Shown: piece by piece, positions 18,426 through 27,229 of the stretch
How positions within the stretch are numbered: the stretch's first letter is position 1
Layout: each line of letters begins with the position of its first letter
NCBI GenBank assembly: GCA_963791045.1
Contig: CAWBQK010000011.1
Coordinates: 192,001-256,000 of the forward strand
Direction: 5' to 3'
DNA from: Candidatus Latescibacterota bacterium
GTDB lineage: Bacteria > Krumholzibacteriota > Krumholzibacteriia > WVZY01
Length of the DNA: 64,000 bases
Translations under genes and position numbers: made by a program
Notes under the pieces: generated by a model
Seen by the model: the letters and a program-made list of their open reading frames with translations, nothing else
Told to the model about the DNA's origin: nothing
Database searches by the model: none

Positions 18426-20959
18426 ATGAGACTCCCCCGGCAAAATCTGCCCCCCGTCATCGGCGGATGTTCGCTCTGCTCGCGGCACTCATTATCGTCG
18501 CCGGTACGGCGGTCGTCAGCACGGCAAGCAACTACGGGCCAATTCCGTCCTACTACGATCAACTCCAGTACAACCTGACCGGGCCGGGCACCCGGGCCAC
18601 ATCCATCAGCGGATATGCGAACCCGGCTTTTTACAGCATGATGCCGGGAAGCGAACTCAACTATTCGTGGACGGGTGAAGACGAGTTAAAAAACTGGGGA
18701 CTCTTTCTCGGCGGAACGAACGCCGGGTTCGGAATGGTTCGAAGCGATCTGCCGGTTGGCGACGGTGTCTATGCCGGTGTTTACGACTATCGGGTCGCGC
18801 TCTCCGGGGGGACCAGGAACGCTACGGTGGGGGTGAGTTTTGGCTGGTCGGGAGGCGACAAGGATCTCGTCGGGCGCAGCCAGGTCATCCAGGTCGGCGC
18901 CGCCCAGCGATTCGGCCGTTATGTCTCGCTGGGGCTCGTGGGTAATTTTGCCACGCAGGCGAGCTACCAGTCGGGCTTCTTCGATATCGCCGTACGTCCG
19001 ACTGGAAAGCAACTTCTAACACTTTTTGCCGATTACGAACTACCAAAGGGACTTGCGGCGTCGGACGCGCCGTGGAGTGTCGGCGCCATGGTGGATGTCG
19101 GGCCCGGGCTTCAGCTCACCGGACGTTACTTCGAGAGCGAGGAGTGGTCGCTCGGCATCGGGTACGCCTTCGACGTATTTGGATTCACCGGTGCGCCGCG
19201 TTTCAACAAGGACAACAAGAGCGACCGCACCATCTACCAGATCCGCACCGGGTTTGCCCAGCGTGATGTCTTGACCGAGACTCTCCAGGAAGACAAAACC
19301 TACGTGTCGATGAATCTCAAGGGGCCGGTCAGCTACCGCGCGTACCAGTATTTCGACAAGCGCAAGCCGCTCTCCGTTATCCTTGCCGATCTTGAACACG
19401 CCAAGAACGATCCCAAGGTGAAGGGAGTTGCGATCAACCTGTCCGGCACGGTGATCTCGCGCGGCAAGGCCTGGGAGATTCGTGAGAAGTGCGCGGACCT
19501 TCAGGCGGCGGGCAAGCACGTGGTCATTTATGTCGACAACATGGGGATGACGGAATATCACCTCGCCAGCGTGGCCGACAAGATCGTTATGGATCCCGAG
19601 GGCATGGTCATGCTTCCCGGATATGTTATGGGCCGGACGTTCGTCACCAACCTTCTCAAAAAGCTCGGTGTCGGCGTTGATGAATGGCGTTTCTTCAAGT
19701 ACAAGTCCGCGGCGGAAGCTTTCACGAGGGAAGACATGTCGGAAGCCGACCGCGAACAACGCCTCGCGATCATCGAAGATACATATGAGACGGTCCGCGC
19801 CGAAATCACCGCCGCGCGGAATAAGAGCGATGCGGATTTCGACAACTGGATAAATAATGAAATTATGTTCAGCGGCAAAAAAGCCAAAGAAATGGGGCTC
19901 GTCGACGAATTGGGTCGTTGGGACAAGGTCAAGGAAGTGATCGCCGTACTCGAGGGCGAACAGAAGCGTTTTGTCGGCAGGGACGAACTCGCCGGCAACC
20001 GTTATAAGGATGACCTCTGGGGCGAGGATCCCAGGATCGCCGTCGTATATGGTCTCGGCGCGTGCGCGATGGATACGGGAATCAAAGCGCGCCAGCTCGA
20101 GAAGGTGTTCAACGGGCTCGCCAAAAGCCGAAATGTCAAAGCGGTCGTATTCCGTGTCGACTCGCCCGGCGGCGACGGGATGGCGTCGGATGTCGTTGCA
20201 GAGGCGCTGCGAAAGTGTGCCGAGAGAAAACCCGTTATAGTGAGCCAGGGTGATGTTGCCGGTTCCGGCGGGTATTGGATTTCGATGTACGGGACCAAGA
20301 TCTACGCGCTGCCGACATCGATCACCGGATCGATTGGCGTCATCGGCGCGTGGGTGTGGGATGAAGGCCTGGGCGAAAAGATCGGCCACACATCCGACCA
20401 CGTCAAGGTGGGTGACCACGCCGATTTCGGTTATGGGATCAGACTCCTTCTCGGTGGACCGATGCTTCCCGAGAGAAACCTCACGACCGAAGAACGTGAC
20501 CGGGTCAAGGGGCAGATCCTCGATTTCTACGACGTGTTTGTCGAGAAGGTGGCGACCGGACGCAAGATGCCCGCCGACGATGTCAGAGAGATCGCGCAGG
20601 GTCATGTGTACAGCGGCACGCGCGGCAAGGAAATCGGACTCGTCGATGAAATCGGCGGCTTGGATGCCGCGATCAAGGCGGCATGGAAAATGGCGGGAAT
20701 CCCCGATGATGACCGTGTCAAGATCGTCGAGTATCCGAAGCTCCCGCCATTCCACATTAGCCTTGGCGGCTCGCCGATTCCGATACGGATGCTGGCCGGA
20801 TTGTTCGGCGGCGATACCGACATGGCCGAAGATGAAGAAGCGCTTCTCAATCCCGAGTGGTCGTATCTTCGCGCCGTGGCAAACAGCCCCGGCCGGCCCT
20901 TGTTTATGCTTCCGCCAGAGCACTATATTTACGAAGCGCAGTTCGGCGGAATGAGGTAA
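18426..20959 (+). CDS. sppA: Signal peptide peptidase SppA (S49, two protease domains) with N-terminal beta-rich extension
   Basis: YHLASVADKI, KYKSAAE, RVDSPGG, AGSGGYWIS, ITGSIGV, AQGHVYSG..GLVDEIGG. RBS AAGGAGG with ATG 18426 is out of frame with the main ORF (likely C-run indel; alternative ATG 18467); promoter TTTTCA-17-TACAAT at 18355-18383. Confidence 0.9.
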
Positions 20960-20976
20960 ATACCGGAGTAAATATT

Positions 20977-21807
20977 ATGACCGATAAAAACGACAAGAAG
21001 AAAACAGACGAAGAGCTTTCCGCGTATGAAAAAGCCGCGCTCTCCGGCGACGATCCTCGGTGCGTTCCGATAAAGCTCGATGGGGACGCTCCGGAAGGGA
21101 ACAAAATCGTCTATCCGGACTACAGCGCCGCGGAAAACGAAACGTGGAAAACGCTGTTCGCGAGACAGTTGGAGCTTCTTCCTGGCCGTGGGTGTCAGGA
21201 GTATCTCGACGGGCTCGAGATGATGGATTTTCCCGAAGACAAGATCCCGTATCTGGGTGATGTCGGTGAAGTGCTCGAGAAAGCGACGAACTGGCAGGTG
21301 GCCCGTGTGCCGGGACTCTTGCACGAAGCGGATTTCTTCTCGAGGTTGGCGCGGCGGGTGTTTCCGTCAACCGATTACATCCGGCCACCCGAGGAATTGG
21401 ATTACACCCCGGCGCCGGATCTCTTTCACGATATATTCGGGCACACGCCGATGATCGCCAACCGGCAGTTTGCTGATTTCTACCAGAAATTCGGCGAGGC
21501 GGCGATGAATGCCGAGGGCGCGAACCGCCGCCGGTTGGAGAGGATCTACTGGTTCACCGTCGAGTTCGGTTTGATTGACACGTCCGAGGGGACGCGGATC
21601 TACGGCAACGGGGTTCTGTCGTCGTATGCCGAGACGCAGTACAGCCTCACCGATAAGGTCGAGAAGAGGCCCTTTGATTTGGCGGTGATGTCCGAGCAGG
21701 ATTATGACGTCTGGCACATGCAGGAGCTCCTCTTCGTGATCGAGTCGTTCGATCAGCTCGAACAGGGGTTCTACGAGTGGGCCAGGACGAACGGACTTCT
21801 CGGATAG
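20977..21807 (+). CDS. phhA: Phenylalanine 4-hydroxylase
   Basis: YTPAPDLFHDIFGHTPM and RIYWFTVEFGL motifs of biopterin-dependent aromatic amino acid hydroxylases. Confidence 0.92.
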   Translation: MTDKNDKKKTDEELSAYEKAALSGDDPRCVPIKLDGDAPEGNKIVYPDYSAAENETWKTLFARQLELLPGRGCQEYLDGLEMMDFPEDKIPYLGDVGEVLEKATNWQVARVPGLLHEADFFSRLARRVFPSTDYIRPPEELDYTPAPDLFHDIFGHTPMIANRQFADFYQKFGEAAMNAEGANRRRLERIYWFTVEFGLIDTSEGTRIYGNGVLSSYAETQYSLTDKVEKRPFDLAVMSEQDYDVWHMQELLFVIESFDQLEQGFYEWARTNGLLG

Positions 21808-21838
21808 ACCCTCCTGGGAGAGCGTTTATTAGTGGTTT

Positions 21839-21872
21839 GACGGGCGATGGCGGCATCGCCCGTCTTTTTTGT
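21839..21872 (+). terminator. Intrinsic terminator after phhA
   Basis: GACGGGCGATG-GCGG-CATCGCCCGTC followed by TTTTTT. Confidence 0.85.
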
Positions 21873-21953
21873 TAGCCGGTTGGGTGACGCTGCGGGTGGG
21901 GTTTTTGTCAAACAACGCTTTACGAATCCTCGTTTGTATGATACCATTGCGTT

Positions 21954-22121
21954 GATTCTCAGTTTGAAGGCACTCGTTTCTTAAGCACTTTGTTTGGTGA
22001 AGAAAGTCATTTTCAGGGTGAAGGTGACCCGTGCCGTACCTCTTATATGCCTTTCCCCTAGGCGAGGTACATTACGGGTAGACCAAAGAGGGACGCTCAA
22101 AGCGTCCCTCTTTGCTTTTTT
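21954..22121 (+). ncRNA. Candidate small structured RNA
   Basis: Own promoter TTTACG-17-TACCAT with extended TG (21919-21947); long hairpin 22027-22079; terminator 22084-22121; no ORF with an RBS. Confidence 0.5.
22084..22121. terminator. Intrinsic terminator, likely bidirectional
   Basis: CAAAGAGGGACGC-TCAAA-GCGTCCCTCTTTG followed by a T run. Confidence 0.8.
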
Positions 22122-22135
22122 GGCGGGGAATCCCA

Positions 22136-22348
22136 CTATTTCCGCGCCGCCGTTCGTTTGAGATACGGCCTCAGAACGAACGGGAACCACACCCCCATCG
22201 CTAGTCCAAGATACAGAATCCAAATGATCAACCCCGAGTGATTCCAGTTGCCGATTTGATTCGATAGAATGCCCAGGACGACGGCCAGGATCAGGGGAAA
22301 CGCCACAACTGCTCGCAGGAATTCGGTCGCATCGCTTGCTCGACTCAT
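22136..22348 (-). CDS. Small two-TM membrane protein, putative immunity factor
   Basis: 70 aa with two hydrophobic segments and a basic tail; RBS AGGAGG overlaps the upstream TAA. Confidence 0.7.
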   Translation of the reverse strand: MSRASDATEFLRAVVAFPLILAVVLGILSNQIGNWNHSGLIIWILYLGLAMGVWFPFVLRPYLKRTAARK

Positions 22349-22357
22349 GTCGCCTCC

Positions 22358-23059
22358 TTAAAGTTGAGCGATCGAACACTGTATAAATGCATAGACAGCG
22401 TGTCCGGCCGCGCAAACCGCTATGCATTGGAGATATCCGCCGGGCGCGTACAGACAGAGATAAGCACAGCTGATTCCGCCCGCGACCATGCGTTCGCTGA
22501 TGCACCGAAGCCACTGTCGCCATGAGATTCTCGCTGCCGCCGGATCGATGTCAGCGGTGCACGCGGTTGAAGGCGGCCCGCTCAAGCCGATCCATACGTC
22601 ATCGCCGATCTGTTCGAAATCATTCCCAGGCGCCTCTTTTGAAAAGGTCAGCGTGACGGGAACGACGACTTTTCTATCGATGCCGTGGAGACAGAAGAGA
22701 TATACCGCGTCGTGGCTGGGATCTGTCGTGTTCTCCATGACGAGTGTCGTAATCTTTACTTCTCCACCGCCATCTCTTTCGCCTTCGACATAGAAGGAGT
22801 ACTCGGGCGTCAGTGTATACCCCGCTTTTTCGAAGCTTTCGATTTCGGCGGTGACCGCGGGGTCGGTCAGAGCGTCTTCGAGCGATTGAATTGTGTGCGG
22901 GTTCTTCGAGTCGAAGAACGCTGCGGTTATCCCATCCTCCTCGGTTACAATGTCCGGTGTTTTTGTGACGGCAGGTCTCACCGTCGACGTGTCCCGCTCG
23001 TTGCAAGCGAAACACAAAAACATCACTGGTAGAAACATCCACACGAACCGTTTCATCAC
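22358..23059 (-). CDS. Lipoprotein with C-terminal six-Cys hydrophobic peptide domain (halocin C8 / bacteriocin-precursor-like)
   Basis: RBS GAGGAGG; lipobox CFAC; acidic body; C-terminal C-x11-C-x3-C-x9-C-x3-C-x11-C. Confidence 0.75.
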   Translation of the reverse strand: MMKRFVWMFLPVMFLCFACNERDTSTVRPAVTKTPDIVTEEDGITAAFFDSKNPHTIQSLEDALTDPAVTAEIESFEKAGYTLTPEYSFYVEGERDGGGEVKITTLVMENTTDPSHDAVYLFCLHGIDRKVVVPVTLTFSKEAPGNDFEQIGDDVWIGLSGPPSTACTADIDPAAARISWRQWLRCISERMVAGGISCAYLCLYAPGGYLQCIAVCAAGHAVYAFIQCSIAQL

Positions 23060-23255
23060 ATCCTCCTCACGTCATCGTGTTGGTTCGTCCCGTGCGTCCA
23101 GGTTTTTGGCGCCCGTATGGTCATCGCCGCGGGTCCTGGGCCGCGAAAGGTGTGCCCGGGCGAGCGCAGCAACACGCTTCGTGCAGTCAGGGGGACTTGC
23201 ACAGGGAAGGTTCAGTCGCCCGGGCAGTCTCGTCATTACGACGACATGTGTATAC

Positions 23256-23270
23256 GCATGATGAGTGCCA
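23256..23270 (-). promoter_or_regulatory. sigma54 promoter of the lipoprotein / small membrane protein pair
   Basis: Minus strand TGGCACT-CATC-ATGC. Confidence 0.65.
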
Positions 23271-23477
23271 CTCGGAGGGATGTTGTATTCTGTTGGTAGA
23301 TAGGTGGTTGCGCGGATGGCGTTGATTTCAATGGAAATAGTGCGCGATGGAGCCAGCGGCGGGGAGCGTGTATACTCGTAGAGTAATCGCGATTGAAGCC
23401 TGTTGTCTGATTTCACCGAGTGTCGACTTATTGACACCTTTTGGAGCAGCGCCGACAAACCGAAAGGATGGGCTCTT

Positions 23478-24899
23478 TTGAACCGCTTTTTACTCCTACT
23501 CGTTGTTATTGTGTGTTTGCGCGCGGGGGCGGCAGCCGCGGCGACCGTTCCGCAGCCGCCCGAAGAGGACAACCAGGAATACGTGCTCGATATCGTAACC
23601 AACCAATACAACCGGTTGTGGCGCGAGACGTGGGATGCCGGGGACAACAGGTTTCGTTTTCGACTTGGGAGCAACAATGTTGCCCAGTGGTTTCTCGAGG
23701 AGGAGTTGAAGGTCGCCGTTCAGCTCCACCAGCGGCTTCGGTTTCGCTTCTATCACGCACGGCTGGATCGTTTCTCGACCGAGAGGATTCCGTGGGATGT
23801 CCTCGAATTCGAGGGGCAGGTGTACGGCAGAAACTATCTTTCCTTTTATGCGCGGCCCACTTTTGACAAGCGCGATGGCTCGCTCGGGTTCATGTATCAA
23901 CACCGGCGCGCGGTCAACCAGTACATCAAAGTGTCCGTCGAGTGGCCGGGTTTTATGCGAAATTATTCCGAGCATCATCGCAACACCTCGGACAGTCTTT
24001 TGAATGTGTACACCGATAAACCCATCCGGTTCGCGTTCGACCTGCGTGAGAAGATCATTCCCAATGTGTGGGTGCGTGCGCGCGGCGAGCTGGTGCCGTC
24101 GTTCGAAATGGGCGAAGAAGTGACGGCCACCGGTGTCACGTATCCCAAAGAGCGGGCGGAAGCGAAGGCGATCGAGGGGTGGGTGGAATATATTGTCGAT
24201 CCGTCGCGTGAAGTGCGAGATCAGACGGCGGTCGGTATCAGCGGATTGTACAGAAGAACGCGAAAATCAAAAGACCCCCAGAGCGATACGTCATGGTTCG
24301 ACAATGGTGTTGTGTGGAATGAATCGTCGCCCGGGTCGCAAGGGACGCCTGGCGCTTCCGGATCTGAGCGGGGGGCTCTGCGGCCATTTGCCGTACCGGA
24401 GACCGAGTTCGATCCCGATCTATTCGAGCGGACCGATGACGATACAGTTCAGGCGTGGAGGGAAACATGGTGGTTCGTGTCGGCGTACGCGTGGGTTCCC
24501 GTGACCGATCGGATCACCCTTCGCGGGACGCTCCGGTTCGAGGACCGCAACATTAGTGTCGGCAATGACATGGCACAGACTTTTTCGACGACGAGCGAAT
24601 ACGTCGTGCCGCTGTTGGCCGCACGGTATGGGCTGGGTGAGCGGAGGCAGTATCAGATCGAGGCGGGGTATGCGTCCGAGTTTCGGACGCGGACGGATGA
24701 GTGGATCGAATCCCCAGACACGCAGGAGACCATTGCCAAGGACGACTTCGACGACCACCGGATCTTCGTCGGTTTCGAGTACGTTTTCGGGGAGACCAAC
24801 ATGATCCGGTTTATCGAGGCGTTCGAACTCGATGCCGAGGATCGTGGGGATTTCAAAATCCACGACCACGGTTTTTTTCAGTTAATTGTCGGGTTCTAA
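23478..24899 (+). CDS. Putative outer membrane beta-barrel protein, unknown function
   Basis: Signal peptide after TTG 23478; amphipathic strands; ends FFQLIVGF (terminal Phe). Confidence 0.65.
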   Translation: MNRFLLLLVVIVCLRAGAAAAATVPQPPEEDNQEYVLDIVTNQYNRLWRETWDAGDNRFRFRLGSNNVAQWFLEEELKVAVQLHQRLRFRFYHARLDRFSTERIPWDVLEFEGQVYGRNYLSFYARPTFDKRDGSLGFMYQHRRAVNQYIKVSVEWPGFMRNYSEHHRNTSDSLLNVYTDKPIRFAFDLREKIIPNVWVRARGELVPSFEMGEEVTATGVTYPKERAEAKAIEGWVEYIVDPSREVRDQTAVGISGLYRRTRKSKDPQSDTSWFDNGVVWNESSPGSQGTPGASGSERGALRPFAVPETEFDPDLFERTDDDTVQAWRETWWFVSAYAWVPVTDRITLRGTLRFEDRNISVGNDMAQTFSTTSEYVVPLLAARYGLGERRQYQIEAGYASEFRTRTDEWIESPDTQETIAKDDFDDHRIFVGFEYVFGETNMIRFIEAFELDAEDRGDFKIHDHGFFQLIVGF

Positions 24900-24928
24900 C
24901 GATTTGTTGAATCGGCAGGGGGATTGAT

Positions 24929-27124
24929 ATGCGCTCCGACAAGAAGTGGCTTGTTCTGATCACAGCCGTCGCTTTGACGATGGTGTCCCTGTCGTGTGGC
25001 GACTCGCCGACGGATTCGAAACTCCCACCGGAAAACCCGTCGGGAGGCTCGGGAAATTTTCACGCGAGACGCGACTTCACCGTGGGGATGGATCCGGCGT
25101 CGGTCTTTATGTGCGATTTGAACGGCGACGGCAGGAATGATATCGTGACGGCGAACTCCACATCCGAGGATGTTTCGGTCCTCCTCAACAACGGCGCCGG
25201 AGTATTCGAACCGGCAATTGAATACGAAGCCGGAAACGCCCCCGGTTCAGTGTATGCGTGCGATCTCGATGGCGACGGCGACAATGACCTTGCCGTGGGA
25301 AATCCCGCGTCCGGCACCGTGTCGATTCTTCTTAACGACGGCGGCGGTTCGTTCTCCGCCTCGGTTCAATATCCGAGCGGCGGCGAGACCGTGTCGATTT
25401 GTGTGGCGGACCTGGACGGCGACGGGGATGCCGACCTTGCGGTGGTGAACCACGATATCAATAGTGTGTCGGTTTTGAAAAACAATGGGGACGGCTCGTT
25501 TGGTGCGGCATCGCCCCATGGGGTCGGAGACAGGCCGAGATCGATTCACTTTTGTGATTTCGATGGGGATGGCGACAATGACCTTGCGGTGGCGAACGGC
25601 ACTTCTAACACCGTGTCGATTTTAAAAAACAACGGGGACGGCGTCTTCGACGCCCGCGCGGATTTTATGGTGGGAACGTCGCCGCGATCTGTGCACGCGG
25701 ATGATTTCGATGGGGACGGCGATTGCGATCTGGTCGTGGCCAATGACAGCTCGAACGATGTGTCGGTGCTACTGAATCGCGGCGATGGTCACTTCGGTTC
25801 TGCGGTGAACTACGCGGCTGGATTCCTGCCTTTTGCCGTCACATCCGGAGATATTGACGGCGATGGATACAGCGACCTGGCCGTCGCGAATGGGGGTTCC
25901 GGTACCGTCTCGATCCTGTTCAACGACGGGCAGGGCGCATTCGGCGGCGTAGTGAAGTATGGGGCAGGCTACGGTCCTGTGTCGCTCAGCGCCGGTGATG
26001 TCAACGGGGACGACGCGGCGGATGTCGTGATCGCAAATTATTTATCAAATCATGTCTCGGTGCTCTTGAACCTCGGTGATGGGACATTTCTCACCGAAGC
26101 GGCTTACCGAACGGGTGACGGTCCCCATGCGGTTTATTCGTGTGACCTGGACGGGGACGGGGATTTAGACGTGGCTACGGCAAACTATCAAACGAGCGAC
26201 GTGTCCGTCATGTTTAATAACGGCGATGGAACTCTTGGAGCGGCCTCGGCATATGCGACTGGCAACGGCCCGTATTCGATTTTCAGCGCCGATCTCGATG
26301 GCGATGGCGACAACGATCTGGCGACCGCGAATTTTGATTTCCACAACGCATCCGTTCTGCTCAACCAGGGCGATGGCGCATTCGGCGCGGCCGTTCACTA
26401 TGCCACAGGTCCGTCGGCACACGATGTGTATGCTTGTGATCTCGATGGTGACGGCGATAACGATCTTGCCGTGGCGAATTTCGGCGACGGAAACGTGTCG
26501 ATTTTGATCAACCGCGGTGACGGAACCTTTGTGGATGCGGTGAACTACACAACAGGAAATTCATCGATATCGGTTTGTGCAGGCGATTTCGACAAAGATG
26601 GGGATTATGATCTCGCCGTAGCGAACACCGCATCCGGTGACGTTTCCGTTCTCTTCAATAACGGTGACGCCACTTTTGCCGCGGCGGTTAGCTACCAGGC
26701 GGGCGGAGATCCTTATGGCGTGTATTGCGCCGATCTTGACGGTGATGGGAATGTGGACCTGGCGGTTGCGAACGCGGCGTCGGCCGACGTCTCCGTTTTT
26801 TTGAACGATGGCGGCGGTGTGTTTTCCTCCGCGGTCAATTATCCTGCCGGTGGAGTGCCTCTCACATCGATCTTCGCATCCGATGTGGATGGTGACGGCC
26901 GATCCGACCTGATTTTAGGAAATTATTTTGCGTTCGACGTGTCCGTTCTGTTGAACGAGGGTCAGGGGACGTTCGGCGCCGCGACTTATTTCGGTGCGCG
27001 CGACCGGCCCAGGTCGGTCTTCGCCTGCGATCTCGATGGTGACGGCGACAACGACGTGCTGACGACGAACTATGGTTCGGGCAGTGTCTCGGTCTTAATG
27101 AACACGTCGGATGCGGCACGATAA
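24929..27124 (+). CDS. FG-GAP/VCBS repeat lipoprotein
   Basis: Lipobox SLSC; about 14 repeats DLDGDGD.DLAVAN....VSVL.N.GDG.F. Confidence 0.9.
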   Translation: MRSDKKWLVLITAVALTMVSLSCGDSPTDSKLPPENPSGGSGNFHARRDFTVGMDPASVFMCDLNGDGRNDIVTANSTSEDVSVLLNNGAGVFEPAIEYEAGNAPGSVYACDLDGDGDNDLAVGNPASGTVSILLNDGGGSFSASVQYPSGGETVSICVADLDGDGDADLAVVNHDINSVSVLKNNGDGSFGAASPHGVGDRPRSIHFCDFDGDGDNDLAVANGTSNTVSILKNNGDGVFDARADFMVGTSPRSVHADDFDGDGDCDLVVANDSSNDVSVLLNRGDGHFGSAVNYAAGFLPFAVTSGDIDGDGYSDLAVANGGSGTVSILFNDGQGAFGGVVKYGAGYGPVSLSAGDVNGDDAADVVIANYLSNHVSVLLNLGDGTFLTEAAYRTGDGPHAVYSCDLDGDGDLDVATANYQTSDVSVMFNNGDGTLGAASAYATGNGPYSIFSADLDGDGDNDLATANFDFHNASVLLNQGDGAFGAAVHYATGPSAHDVYACDLDGDGDNDLAVANFGDGNVSILINRGDGTFVDAVNYTTGNSSISVCAGDFDKDGDYDLAVANTASGDVSVLFNNGDATFAAAVSYQAGGDPYGVYCADLDGDGNVDLAVANAASADVSVFLNDGGGVFSSAVNYPAGGVPLTSIFASDVDGDGRSDLILGNYFAFDVSVLLNEGQGTFGAATYFGARDRPRSVFACDLDGDGDNDVLTTNYGSGSVSVLMNTSDAAR

Positions 27125-27229
27125 GGGGATTTGACATCGAATTAGTTTCGTTTCGGTTGTATAGTGAAAGTGGCCGACGAATCATTGAGACAGTCCTTCC
27201 GGATTTTGATTAGATTTGATGGATCGTAA

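Noticed and set aside
19040-20923. 627-aa minus-strand ORF and other long antisense ORFs (27182..28405, 44946..46331, 51793..52899, 63044..63976)
   Set aside because: Shadow frames of well-supported opposite-strand genes in GC-rich DNA; no motifs
24929-27124. Regularly spaced nucleotide repeats (GATCTCGATGGCGACGGCGAC-like) resembling a CRISPR array
   Set aside because: They are codon-level copies of FG-GAP protein repeats within one ORF, degenerate at third positions; no cas genes or leader
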